DNA from: Candidatus Aenigmatarchaeota archaeon | Lineage (GTDB): Archaea > Aenigmatarchaeota > Aenigmatarchaeia > QMZP01 > QMZT01 | Direction of reading: 5' to 3' | DNA length: 64,000 nt | Assembly (NCBI GenBank): GCA_026397315.1 | Contig: JAPLVC010000002.1 | Location: 32,001 to 96,000, forward strand | Part shown: positions 36,251 through 47,816 of the stretch, one piece after another | Layout: each line of letters begins with the position of its first letter | Position numbering within the stretch: the stretch's first letter is position 1 | The notes under the pieces: model-generated | What the model was told of the DNA's origin: nothing | The model's input: only the letters and a program-made list of their open reading frames with translations | The model's database searches: none | Program-made: the position numbers and the translations under genes

Positions 36251-38755
36251 TCACTGTCCGTTTTCCGCGTCTCTTATTCTGGCATAGGAAACCAGAGTGT
36301 CGCCGTCGTTGAGGCGCATGACCCTCACGCCCTGAGTAGCTCGACCAATCTCATGGACGTCCTTCGCGAATATGCGGATTACCTGGCCTTCCTTGGAGAC
36401 GAACAGTATCTGGTCGTTGTCGTGCAGCGGCACGATGCCTATGACGTTGCCGTTCTTTGCGGTGACCTTGAGGTTCTTGACACCCTTGCCTCCGCGCCTC
36501 TGCTGCCTGTAAAGCTCGAATTTCGTGCGTTTTCCATACCCCTTTTCAGTGACCGTGAAAAGCGAGCCGTGCTCGAATTTGGCGTCTCCCACGACTTCGT
36601 CCTTGCCGCGCAGGCGGATGCCGCGCACACCGTGCGAAGCGCGGCCGGTCGGCCTGACGTCCTTCTCACCGAAGCGTATGGCATAGCCGTGCTTTGTCGC
36701 TATGAGAATGTCCTCTTTACCGTTCGTCAGCCTCGCTTGTATGAGATCGTCGCCGTCGTTCAGCTTGAGCGCTATTATGCCGCAGCTTCTCGGATTCGAA
36801 TATTCGACCAGCGCTGTTTTCTTGACCAAACCTTTCTTCGTCATGAAAAATATGAATTTGCCTTCCTCGAACTTGTCCACGGGTATCATGTCTCTCAGGC
36901 GCTCGCCTTCCTCGAGGTTCAGCAGGTTGACGATGGGCTTGCCGCGCGCGTAGCGTCCGGCTTCCGGGATGCGATAAGCCTTCATCCAGTGGACCTTGCC
37001 CTTGTTGGTGAAGCAGAGCAGGTAATCATGGCTGTTCATGACGTAGATTTCCTTGACGATGTCGCCTTCCTTGTTTTTCGCGCCGATTACACCCTTGCCT
37101 CCGCGCCTCTGTTGCTTGTATTCCTCGAGCGGTATGCGCTTCGCGTAGTCGTCGCCAGAGAACGTTATGACCACGTCCTCCTTCTTTATGAGGCGGTCGT
37201 CCTCCAGGTCCTCGACGGAATCGCCGTTGCACGATATCTGCGTTTTTCTCGCGTCGCCGTATTTTTTCTTCAGTTCATGCATCTCGCTCTTGATTATGCC
37301 GTAAATCTTTTCCTCGTGCTCGAGTATTTCCTTGAGCTCCGCGATGAGCTTGATCAGCGACGCGTGCTCGTCTTTCACTTTCTGTCGCTCCATCGAAGCC
37401 AGGCGCTGCAAACGCATTTCCAGTATGGCCTGCGCCTGTTTCGGGCTGAGTTTGAAGCGCTCTATTAGATGCTTCTTCGCAGTCTCGACAGTGTCCGCCG
37501 CCCTGATGGTTTTTATCACGTTGTCGATGTCGTTGAGCGCGACCAGAAGGCCTTCGAGAATATGCGCCTTGTCGCTCGCCTCGTTGAGGTCGAACTTCGT
37601 GCGCTTCGTGATGACGTCTTTTCTGTGCTTTATGAATTCATCGATCATGTCCTTCAGGCTGAGAACGCGTGGCTGGCCGTCGACCAGCGAAAGCATGTTT
37701 ATGCCGAAAGTCGTTTGTAATTGCGTGTGCTTGTAGAGATGATTGAGAACGATGTCAGCCTGCTCGTTCTGCGACACGTCGACAATGATGCGCATGCCAT
37801 CTTTGTCAGACTCGTCGCGCAGGTTGGTAACGCCCTTTATCACCTTGTCCCTCGCAAGGCGGGCCATGTCCTCTATGAGCTTCGACTTGTTCACTTGGTA
37901 TGGAATCTCGGTGATTATGATCCTTTCCTTGTCCGCCCCCCTTTTCTCGATTTGAGCCGTCCCTCGCAACGTTATGCCGCCCCTGCCGGTGGTATAGGCC
38001 TGTATAAGGCCGGCTGTCCCCAGTATCGAGCCGCCCGTCGGGAAATCCGGGCCATGTATTATTTTCATGAGCTCGGGAAGCGTTATCTGCGGGTTGTCGA
38101 CGGTTGCAATTACGCCGTCTGCGACCTCGTTGATGTTGTGCGGCGGTATGTTCGTCGCCATGCCCACCGCTATGCCGGACGAGCCGTTGACAAGGAGATT
38201 AGGGAACTTGCTCGGCAACACTGCCGGCTCCTTTAGCGAGCCGTCAAAATTCGGGACGAACTTTATGGTTTCTTTTTCTATGTCCGCAAGGACTTCCTGT
38301 GCGGTCCTTGCCATCCGTGCCTCGGTGTAGCGCATTGCCGCCGCGCCGTCACCATCGACCGAACCGAAATTCCCTTGTCCATCGATGAGCGGGTAGCGTA
38401 ACGAGAACGTCTGCACCATGCGGACCAGTGCATCGTAGACTGACTGATCGCCGTGAGGGTGGTATTTACCCAGGACTTCTCCTACGATTCTTGCAGACTT
38501 TTTATAGGGCTTGGAATGGAGCATGCCCATCTCGTGCATGGCGTAAAGAATTCTCCTGTGCACGGGTTTCAAACCGTCGCGCACGTCGGGAAGCGCTCTG
38601 CCGACGATGACTGACATGGAATAATCTAGATAGCTCTCCTTCATCTCTTCCTCGATTATTCTCGGCTTTATGTTTTCCGGCTTTTTCTCTGCAGTTTTCT
38701 CTTCCGGTTTCTTTGCCTTAGCTGCTTCCTCTTCGACTCTCTTTCCCGCTGCCAT
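36251..38755 (-). CDS. gyrA: DNA gyrase subunit A
   Basis: [33 protein letters not shown], GyrA-box QRRGGKG, beta-pinwheel repeats. Confidence 0.97.
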   Translation of the reverse strand: MAAGKRVEEEAAKAKKPEEKTAEKKPENIKPRIIEEEMKESYLDYSMSVIVGRALPDVRDGLKPVHRRILYAMHEMGMLHSKPYKKSARIVGEVLGKYHPHGDQSVYDALVRMVQTFSLRYPLIDGQGNFGSVDGDGAAAMRYTEARMARTAQEVLADIEKETIKFVPNFDGSLKEPAVLPSKFPNLLVNGSSGIAVGMATNIPPHNINEVADGVIATVDNPQITLPELMKIIHGPDFPTGGSILGTAGLIQAYTTGRGGITLRGTAQIEKRGADKERIIITEIPYQVNKSKLIEDMARLARDKVIKGVTNLRDESDKDGMRIIVDVSQNEQADIVLNHLYKHTQLQTTFGINMLSLVDGQPRVLSLKDMIDEFIKHRKDVITKRTKFDLNEASDKAHILEGLLVALNDIDNVIKTIRAADTVETAKKHLIERFKLSPKQAQAILEMRLQRLASMERQKVKDEHASLIKLIAELKEILEHEEKIYGIIKSEMHELKKKYGDARKTQISCNGDSVEDLEDDRLIKKEDVVITFSGDDYAKRIPLEEYKQQRRGGKGVIGAKNKEGDIVKEIYVMNSHDYLLCFTNKGKVHWMKAYRIPEAGRYARGKPIVNLLNLEEGERLRDMIPVDKFEEGKFIFFMTKKGLVKKTALVEYSNPRSCGIIALKLNDGDDLIQARLTNGKEDILIATKHGYAIRFGEKDVRPTGRASHGVRGIRLRGKDEVVGDAKFEHGSLFTVTEKGYGKRTKFELYRQQRRGGKGVKNLKVTAKNGNVIGIVPLHDNDQILFVSKEGQVIRIFAKDVHEIGRATQGVRVMRLNDGDTLVSYARIRDAENGQ

Positions 38756-38784
38756 GTTTATTTTCACCTGTCGATTATGATGAT

Positions 38785-40755
<1,971 letters not shown>

Positions 40756-40770
40756 TTAAAAGTCACTTGG

Positions 40771-40795
40771 TTAATTAATATTATATATTAATTAA
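40771..40795. promoter_or_regulatory. Perfect AT-only inverted repeat in the gyrB promoter region
   Basis: TTAATTAATAT-TAT-ATATTAATTAA. Confidence 0.5.
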
Positions 40796-40842
40796 TATAT
40801 AAAGATATATTAAAAGTCCACCTTTGCCGGTTTTCTTGTGCC

Positions 40843-41256
40843 CTAAGAGTTCAGCTTTGCGAACAGGATGCCAGCGCATATGACCTGCACGAAGATGCTC
40901 AGGCTCCAGCTCACGGTCATGAGCAGCGATATCGGGAAGCTGCTGTAGGACATTATCATCCCGGGTATCGTTATGACCCAGTAACCAAGGCCGAAATAAA
41001 CGCCCTTTTTAATGGCATCCGTCTCCTTTATCAGTCCTTTCGCCATGTTCCAGAACCATGCCATTATGACGCCCAGCACGAAAGGCTCGACGAAATAGAG
41101 CGACATAAGCGGGTCGGACCACGGACGGAAAAGCGCAGGATTGTTGTATTCCGCGGCCAGAGACGGGAACAGCGCATCGAGCGCGAATCCGAAGCCCATG
41201 CCCACCACGAGCATCGCCGCTCCGGCAATCAGACCAGGTATGATTATTTTTTTCAG
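40843..41256 (-). CDS. Four-TM membrane protein, probable CTG start
   Basis: Frame extends 14 codons upstream of ATG 41214 (LKKIIIPGLIAGAA); GGTGA SD 4 nt before CTG. Confidence 0.7.
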   Translation of the reverse strand: MKKIIIPGLIAGAAMLVVGMGFGFALDALFPSLAAEYNNPALFRPWSDPLMSLYFVEPFVLGVIMAWFWNMAKGLIKETDAIKKGVYFGLGYWVITIPGMIMSYSSFPISLLMTVSWSLSIFVQVICAGILFAKLNS

Positions 41257-41355
41257 AAGATCACCATTTTATAATTTGTCAAACCCGCCTATAAGCATTC
41301 CGGCCGCTGTGACGGACGCAGAAATTTTTTATACTACACTCTTCATTATTATGCT

Positions 41356-42429
41356 ATGAGACCAACTGGTCACCACATAATCGCCGAGTTCATATATTGT
41401 TCTAAAGACGTTCTCAACAGCAAGGAAAAAATCGAAAAGATTCTGAGCGACGGCATAGCAAGCGCAGGCCTCTCCGTCGTCAGCATACATACTCACAAGT
41501 TCAGCCCGGCAGGCATCACATGCCTCGCCATAATAAGCGAGTCGCACATCGCGATACACACTTACCCGGAGGCGAGGCACGCGTCCGTCGACATTTTCAC
41601 CTGCTCGCCAGGCCCGGAAAAACCGTTCGCGCTTCTCAATTATCTCAAGAAGCAGCTCAGGCCCAAGACGCTGCGCGTCGGCCACGTCTGCCGCGGCAAC
41701 CCGCTGGAGATAAAGTACGCGGACTGGATGGAGGGTTTTTCGACGGTCGGCTTCGAGGTGCGCTATCACGTCAAGAAAATCGTCCACAGCAGCCGCTCGA
41801 AGTTCCAGCAGATAGACATCATAGAAAACGACAACTTCGGTCGCATGCTGCTCCTCGACAAGGACGTGCAGATAGCGGAGAAGGACGCGAATGCCTACAC
41901 CAAGAACCTCGTCATGCCGCTCGTCGCGTCCGGCAACAGCCTCGAGAAAGTCATGATACTGGGCGGAGGCGACGGCGCTGCAGCCGCGGAGCTCATGCAG
42001 AACGGCGCGAAAAGGATTGCAGTCGTCGATATAGACAAGGAAGTCATAGCCGTCTCGATGAAGTATCTGAGGAAGATTAACAGGAATGTTTTCAAGAACC
42101 CGAAAGTCAAAGTCACCATAGGCGACGCCTACAGGGTCGTGGCCAGCAGCAGGAAATACGACGCAATCATCTACGACCTCACCATACACCCGGAGGCCTT
42201 CATAAAAATAGACAGGGAAGCGTATCTCTCGAAACTTTTCATGAGGATGAAGAAAAGCCTCAACAGCGGCGGCATGGTGACGGTCCAGTGCGGTCCGGAA
42301 TTCGATTATGAGACTTGCAGAATGATGAAGAGGATACTGAAGAAGCATTTCATCGACGTCAATTTCTCGTCGTCCTTCATACCATCCTACTGCGCCAACT
42401 GGGTTTTCGCCTCGGCGAAGAAGAAGTGA
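41356..42429 (+). CDS. AdoMet decarboxylase-aminopropyltransferase (SpeD-SpeE) fusion
   Basis: G.H...E, F.P.G.T, ESHIAIHTYPE, DIFTC; then SKFQ.I.I, GRMLLLD, LGGGDG, VDID, IIYD. Confidence 0.9.
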   Translation: MRPTGHHIIAEFIYCSKDVLNSKEKIEKILSDGIASAGLSVVSIHTHKFSPAGITCLAIISESHIAIHTYPEARHASVDIFTCSPGPEKPFALLNYLKKQLRPKTLRVGHVCRGNPLEIKYADWMEGFSTVGFEVRYHVKKIVHSSRSKFQQIDIIENDNFGRMLLLDKDVQIAEKDANAYTKNLVMPLVASGNSLEKVMILGGGDGAAAAELMQNGAKRIAVVDIDKEVIAVSMKYLRKINRNVFKNPKVKVTIGDAYRVVASSRKYDAIIYDLTIHPEAFIKIDREAYLSKLFMRMKKSLNSGGMVTVQCGPEFDYETCRMMKRILKKHFIDVNFSSSFIPSYCANWVFASAKKK

Positions 42430-42461
42430 GCCGTGTTTTTCAGGGTTTCTGCTTTGGCGAT

Positions 42462-43400
42462 TTACACGATTCTTGTCGTCAGCATCGTTATTATGAAGAT
42501 TACGTAGAGCAGGATGAACACTATGCCCTGCTTGTGGCCTATGCCTTCGTGCTTTACCATGCTGTAGAAAAGGAACGTGTTGGCGATGATTATGAAGGCG
42601 AGGGGGATGGTGTAGCTCATCAGCGCCATGCCGCCTATGGGCGACATGACCAGGACGGTTCCCAGTATGAGCGTCAGGTTGACGACGGTGCTGCCCAGTA
42701 TGTCGCCTATCGCCAGCGCGCACTGACCCTTTCTTATGGCGGTGAAATCGAGCGCGAGCTCAGGCAGTGTCGTGCCGAAGGATATGAGCGTCAGGCCTAT
42801 GACCGCTTCGGATACGCCGAAGAAGGCCGCTATTTCCGCTGCTGAGCCGACAACATATTGGGAGCTTGCCACGACGATGATCATGCCAAACAGGAAAAGC
42901 ATTATCGACCTTCTCCATTCCCTTTTCGTGACGCCTTCCCTTATGTTAAGGCTGAACTTGTCCTTGAAGATGAAGAAGCAGTAAAGGCAAAACACAATTA
43001 ACAGTATCATGCCTTCTATCGGGCCAACTACGCCTTTCGAGAGTATGACTGCCGGCACTATGCTTATTAGGAGCAGCAGTTCCGCGCTTTCAATCGTGTG
43101 CAATCGCTCGACACGCACCTTTCTCATCAGCGTCACGACCCCGAGCACCAGGCATATGTTCGCTATGCTAGAACCCAGCACGTCGCCGATCGCCATCGGC
43201 GCCTTCTGTATCGCGGTTGCCGTGACGGAAACAATGAAATCGGGCATCGAGACCGAGAAGGCAATCAGAATAAAGCCTATCGCCAGCTGCGAGATGCCGG
43301 TATACTCGGATATCGCTATCGCCGCGTCTATGACCCACTTGGAGGCGAATATCAGCGCCGCGAGAGCGATGATGAAAATTATGACCGCAATTATTATCAT
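42462..43400 (-). CDS. Ca2+/Na+ antiporter (CaCA, YrbG-like)
   Basis: Two alpha repeats: SVSMPD...GDVLGSSIAN and GTTLPE...GDILGSTVVN. Confidence 0.9.
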   Translation of the reverse strand: MIIIAVIIFIIALAALIFASKWVIDAAIAISEYTGISQLAIGFILIAFSVSMPDFIVSVTATAIQKAPMAIGDVLGSSIANICLVLGVVTLMRKVRVERLHTIESAELLLLISIVPAVILSKGVVGPIEGMILLIVFCLYCFFIFKDKFSLNIREGVTKREWRRSIMLFLFGMIIVVASSQYVVGSAAEIAAFFGVSEAVIGLTLISFGTTLPELALDFTAIRKGQCALAIGDILGSTVVNLTLILGTVLVMSPIGGMALMSYTIPLAFIIIANTFLFYSMVKHEGIGHKQGIVFILLYVIFIITMLTTRIV

Positions 43401-43458
43401 AATTTATTATTTGAGGCCGCCCGGATAAATGCTTAACCGCGAAAAATCAAAAGCAGAA

Positions 43459-44088
43459 TCACTCAATCTCGAAATACTCGAGCCACTCGTCCTTCGCCAA
43501 ACGCTCGGGAATTTCCCTGACCTGGTCCTTCGTCCCCTCTACAAGATAGCTCACGCTTATCTTGCCGTTCTTCTTGTCGACCTTGACGAAGACTTTCTTG
43601 AAGTTCGAGCCCAGCTCCTTCTCTATTTCCTTCTCGTCTATTATCCTGTTGGTCGTTATCGTTAGCTTGCGCTGGTAGGAGCCGACGCCGTGCGTCTTCA
43701 GCTTGCCGTCGACGGCTATTACGGCCCATATCATTATGTAGATTAGGATGCCCGTCAGGTATTCGCCCACGCCGATGATCAGGCCGAATATCGCGAAAAG
43801 CCAGACTGACGCCGCACTCGTGAAGCCGTAAATCTTGTCCGTCGTCTTTATCAGCGCGCCCGCGCCGAGGAAGCCGATGCCGCTCACTACTGCTCCGAGC
43901 AGCGAAAGTGGATTCTCGGGGTAAAGGTTCAGCGCGGTTATCGCGAGACCGCAGGAGCCTATCGCTACGAACGTGAAGGTGCCGAAGCCGACCGGCTTGT
44001 GGGCGCGCTGCCTGTGGAAGCCGAAAGCCATGGACAGGATGAATGTTATGATGAGCCTGGGGAGTATGACCAAAAATATCTCTTCCAT
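43459..44088 (-). CDS. MgtC/SapB family protein
   Basis: VVSGIGFLGAG, GFTSAASVW motifs; soluble C-terminal domain. Confidence 0.9.
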   Translation of the reverse strand: MEEIFLVILPRLIITFILSMAFGFHRQRAHKPVGFGTFTFVAIGSCGLAITALNLYPENPLSLLGAVVSGIGFLGAGALIKTTDKIYGFTSAASVWLFAIFGLIIGVGEYLTGILIYIMIWAVIAVDGKLKTHGVGSYQRKLTITTNRIIDEKEIEKELGSNFKKVFVKVDKKNGKISVSYLVEGTKDQVREIPERLAKDEWLEYFEIE

Positions 44089-44322
44089 GCTATTCTTTTG
44101 GTGCGGGCCAGTAATTAAAGTTCTTTTCTGCGAAGGCCTGTGAGGCAGTTTCTAGTCGCAAATGGCCGCCGGAAGGGATGCATTTAAATACTTTATAAAG
44201 ATATTATGACAATATGTTTATAGAAATTATAAATTCTGAAAAAGCCCAGAAGATATGTTCAAAAAAGGAGTAATTAGTTCTAAAGAAAAAGGAATTTTTT
44301 ATTAGGAGGTGGGCAAAAGCAT

Positions 44323-44682
44323 ATGAGCAATAAACCATTTGGGTGGGATTTGTGCGTAGACCTATACGGTTGCAAATACGAAAAGATAAGGAACAGGAAG
44401 TTTGTTTTGGAATTTATACGTGTATTGTGTGATGATGTTCTAAAGGTAAGACGCGAGGGCAAGCCTGTGCTGAAGCGCTATGGCAAGGAGCACCTCACGG
44501 GTTACTCGTTCATACAGTTAATTGAAGTCAGTTCTATAACCGGACATTTGTCGGAGGAGAGGCTTTCAGCCCACATAGACATTTTCAGCTGCGCGCCGTT
44601 CAACGACAAGAACGTCGAAAACTTCACCAGGGAGTTCTTCGAGGCGAAGAAATCGGTCGCTAGAAAAATCATAAGGAAATAG
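44323..44682 (+). CDS. speD: S-adenosylmethionine decarboxylase (pyruvoyl-dependent) family protein
   Basis: G..L.VDLYGC, GYSFIQLIEVSSITGH, IDIFSC motifs. Confidence 0.85.
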   Translation: MSNKPFGWDLCVDLYGCKYEKIRNRKFVLEFIRVLCDDVLKVRREGKPVLKRYGKEHLTGYSFIQLIEVSSITGHLSEERLSAHIDIFSCAPFNDKNVENFTREFFEAKKSVARKIIRK

Positions 44683-44687
44683 AGGCG

Positions 44688-45530
44688 ATGCCCGAGACGA
44701 ACGACGGCTGGTTCAGGGAGATTGATTCAAAAGACACCATTAGCGTGAGCCTCAAGGTCTCCAAGAAGCTTTTCGAGGGAAAAAGCAAGTTCCAGGACAT
44801 AAAGATAATACGCAACCCGGAGTTCGGCAACGTGCTCATCCTCGATGACGGTTTCCAGACCACGGAGTTCGACGAATTCCTTTATCACGAGATGCTGGTC
44901 CACGTCCCCATGGCGACCCACCCCAACCCCCAAGAAGTGCTGATAGTCGGAGCAGGAGACGGCGGCGCTCTCAGGGAAACGCTGAAGCATCCGGTTAAGA
45001 AAGTGGTCATGGTCGAGCTCGATGGCAAGGTCATAGACGTCTCTAAAAAATTCCTCCCTTCCCTCAGCAACGGCGCTTTCGAGGATAAGCGCGCGGAGGT
45101 CATAGTCGGCGACGGCGCGGACTACATGGCAAAATGCAAGAACAGGTTCGACGTCATAATCCTCGACCTGACCGACCCGATAATGGACGAAGCCAAGAAC
45201 CTTTACACCCCGGTTTTCTTCAAGAACCTTTTTGGCGCGCTTAAAGCCGATGGCGTGTTCTCAATGCAGGGAGGCTGCAAGTTTTTCAGGTCCGACCTGA
45301 TAAAGAACTATTCTTTCGTTCCCGTGTCGCAGTTCTTCCCCATAACCAAGGTTTACCTGTGCGACATACCAGCGTATGGCACGACGTGGCCGCTGATTAT
45401 CGGCTCCAAGAAGCACGACCCGGAGAAGCCGAGAACGCTGAAAATATCCGGCCTGAAGTGCTACAACACCGACTACCACAAAGCGGCGTTCAAGCTGCCC
45501 AATTTCCTGGCGCAGGCTCTTTACGGTTGA
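44688..45530 (+). CDS. speE: Polyamine aminopropyltransferase (spermidine synthase family)
   Basis: KSKFQ, LILDD..Q, DEF.YHEMLVH, GAGDGG, VELD, DVIILDLTDP motifs. Confidence 0.93.
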   Translation: MPETNDGWFREIDSKDTISVSLKVSKKLFEGKSKFQDIKIIRNPEFGNVLILDDGFQTTEFDEFLYHEMLVHVPMATHPNPQEVLIVGAGDGGALRETLKHPVKKVVMVELDGKVIDVSKKFLPSLSNGAFEDKRAEVIVGDGADYMAKCKNRFDVIILDLTDPIMDEAKNLYTPVFFKNLFGALKADGVFSMQGGCKFFRSDLIKNYSFVPVSQFFPITKVYLCDIPAYGTTWPLIIGSKKHDPEKPRTLKISGLKCYNTDYHKAAFKLPNFLAQALYG

Positions 45531-45613
45531 TTTTTTGGGCTGCACTTTCCTTTTCTCCGATTTCGCATCCGGGGTTTATATTTAAATACAGAGCGCACTT
45601 ATTTTATTTCATC

Positions 45614-46180
45614 ATGATACCTGCGAAAGTTTTTTTCGTAAAGGGCGTAGGAGTCCACAAGGACAAGCTTGCTTCTTTCGAAGCCGCCTTGAGGCAGGCA
45701 GGCATAGCGCCGTTTAATCTCGTGAACGTTTCAAGCATACTGCCGCCAAAATGCGAAGTGGTCACAAGGGACCATGGACTCAAGTACCTCAATCCGGGCG
45801 AAGTGGTTTTTTGCGTGATGGCGAGAACGGACACTAACGAGCCCAACAGGCTCATATCGGTGGCCATAGGCCTTGCTCTGCCCAAAGACAGGGGTCATTA
45901 CGGTTATCTTTCCGAGCACCACGGATTCGGCGAGAAGGGCGAGAAAGCCGGCGAGTATGCGGAAGATCTCGCGGCCACGATGCTTGCCACGACGCTGGGC
46001 GTTCCCTTCGATGCGGACAAGGCATGGGACGAAAGAAGGCAGCAGTACAAAACGAGCGGGCACATATTCAAGACGACGCACATCTGCCAGTCCGCGGAAG
46101 GCCACAAGGACGGCCTGTGGACGAGCGTGATATGCGCTGCAGTTTTCGTGCCGCCTGCAACGGTCGTTTCTGGGCAATAA
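45614..46180 (+). CDS. pdaD: Pyruvoyl-dependent arginine decarboxylase
   Basis: F.VKGVG, SFE.ALR.AGI..FNLV.VSSILPP (Ser-Ser self-cleavage), YGYLSEHH; start reassigned to ATG 45614. Confidence 0.92.
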   Translation: MIPAKVFFVKGVGVHKDKLASFEAALRQAGIAPFNLVNVSSILPPKCEVVTRDHGLKYLNPGEVVFCVMARTDTNEPNRLISVAIGLALPKDRGHYGYLSEHHGFGEKGEKAGEYAEDLAATMLATTLGVPFDADKAWDERRQQYKTSGHIFKTTHICQSAEGHKDGLWTSVICAAVFVPPATVVSGQ

Positions 46181-46204
46181 AAAGCTTTATTGGCAGGATG
46201 AAAT

Positions 46205-47089
46205 ATGAAAAGCGATTTTTCCGGCAAATTCATGAACCTTCCTCCGGAGTTTTCTGACTGTAAGAAATCAAAGATAGTAATCCTTCCGGTGCCTTTCGAC
46301 GGCACAAGCACATGGATGAAAGGGGCGGACAAAGGTCCTGAAGCCCTGATTTCAGCTTCTGGGTATCTTGAGTACTGCGAGCCTGAGACAAAGGCTGAGG
46401 TTTGTGAAAAGGGCATTTACACTGACAAGCCCGTCGTTTCCAAAATACCGGAAAGCATGGTAAAAGACGCGTATGGGCGGGTGAAAGCGCTGCTCGCGGA
46501 TGGCAAGTTCGTAGTCACGCTCGGCGGCGAGCATTCGGTCTCGATAGGCCCGATTCGCGCGCATGCCGAGCGCTTCGGCGGAATGAGCGTCCTCCATCTG
46601 GACGCGCACGGCGACAGGCGCGACGAATACCATGGCAGCAGATGCAACCACGGCTGCGTAATCGCGCGTGCAAAGGAACATGTCAAAAACGTCGTCTCCG
46701 TGGGCATACGCAGTTTCGACTCCTCCGAGATGGAAAGCCTGGATGAAGACAAGGTATTCTACGCACATGAAATCCACGGCAGGGACGACTGGATAAGCAA
46801 GGCAGTCAATTCGCTCTCGAATAATGTTTACATAACCATCGACTTGGACGTTTTCGAGATAGGGCTGATGCCATCCACGGGCACGCCGGAACCTGGCGGC
46901 CTCGGCTGGTACGAAGTTACCCGCCTGCTGCGAGCAGTCGCCGAGAAGAAGAACATAGTCGGCTTCGACGTCGTCGAGCTCTGCCCGGACGAGCGCAACA
47001 AGGCGCCGGATTTCCTGGCGGCGAAGCTTGTGCAGGTCCTGCTGAGCTACATATTTTTTCTGGGCAAGCACGCGGAAAAGAAAAGATAA
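46205..47089 (+). CDS. speB: Agmatinase (ureohydrolase)
   Basis: GGEHS, DAHGD, TIDLDV, TGTPEPGG, DVVEL motifs. Confidence 0.93.
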   Translation: MKSDFSGKFMNLPPEFSDCKKSKIVILPVPFDGTSTWMKGADKGPEALISASGYLEYCEPETKAEVCEKGIYTDKPVVSKIPESMVKDAYGRVKALLADGKFVVTLGGEHSVSIGPIRAHAERFGGMSVLHLDAHGDRRDEYHGSRCNHGCVIARAKEHVKNVVSVGIRSFDSSEMESLDEDKVFYAHEIHGRDDWISKAVNSLSNNVYITIDLDVFEIGLMPSTGTPEPGGLGWYEVTRLLRAVAEKKNIVGFDVVELCPDERNKAPDFLAAKLVQVLLSYIFFLGKHAEKKR

Positions 47090-47114
47090 AAGCCACGTTC
47101 TCAAATAACAACAC

Positions 47115-47777
47115 ATGGAAAAGATGGAGCAGGTTTTCCCGGGCGTGTGGAAGGACGGCAAGCACATTTTCACCAAGAACCTCCTGCCCGGCGACAAGAC
47201 ATACTGCAGGACGTTCGTTGAAGAAGACGGTCACGAGTTCAGGGAGTGGAACCCCAACCGCTCGAAACCGGCGGCCGCGATAGCGAACGGGCTGAAATTC
47301 TTCCCGCTGGCGGACAAGGCGAAAGTCCTGTATCTAGGCATCGCTAGCGGGCAGACATCGACTTTCTTTTCCGACATAATCGGTCCGGAAGGCATCATCT
47401 ACGGAGTCGAGATTTCCGAGCGCTGCGTGCGTGACCTGAATCCCGTCGCTGAAAAAAGAGGTAACATCGTGCCCATAGTCGCAGACGCGCGGAAGCCGGA
47501 GGAGTATGGCTGGATTGAGAAAGTCGACGTTGTCTTCGAAGACGTCGCTTCCGACGACCAGAGCGCCATCATGATACGCAATTGCGAGCGCTTCCTGAAG
47601 CCGGACGGCTTCGCCATGATTGCCATAAAATCGAGGTCGATTGACGTCATCAAAAACCCGGAAGAAATCTACAGGCAGGAAATCGCCAAGCTGGAGGAGC
47701 ATTTCAAAATCCTGAGCAAAGTCAGACTGGACCCGTTTGAAAAAGACCACATGTTCCTGGTCATGAAAAGAAAGTAG
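47115..47777 (+). CDS. flpA: Fibrillarin-like rRNA/tRNA 2'-O-methyltransferase
   Basis: FREWNP.RSK.AA, VLYLG.ASG.T, DARKP, IKSRSID, L.PFEKDH motifs. Confidence 0.95.
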   Translation: MEKMEQVFPGVWKDGKHIFTKNLLPGDKTYCRTFVEEDGHEFREWNPNRSKPAAAIANGLKFFPLADKAKVLYLGIASGQTSTFFSDIIGPEGIIYGVEISERCVRDLNPVAEKRGNIVPIVADARKPEEYGWIEKVDVVFEDVASDDQSAIMIRNCERFLKPDGFAMIAIKSRSIDVIKNPEEIYRQEIAKLEEHFKILSKVRLDPFEKDHMFLVMKRK

Positions 47778-47816
47778 TCTGCATTTTATTCAGAAGAAGG
47801 TTTTCGTTTTTAGTTT

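Noticed and set aside
41329-42723. Long antisense and alternate-frame ORFs (e.g. 41329-42723, 36221-37468, 29609-30742, 11067-12161)
   Set aside because: Shadow ORFs of well-supported genes caused by GC-rich third codon positions; no motifs
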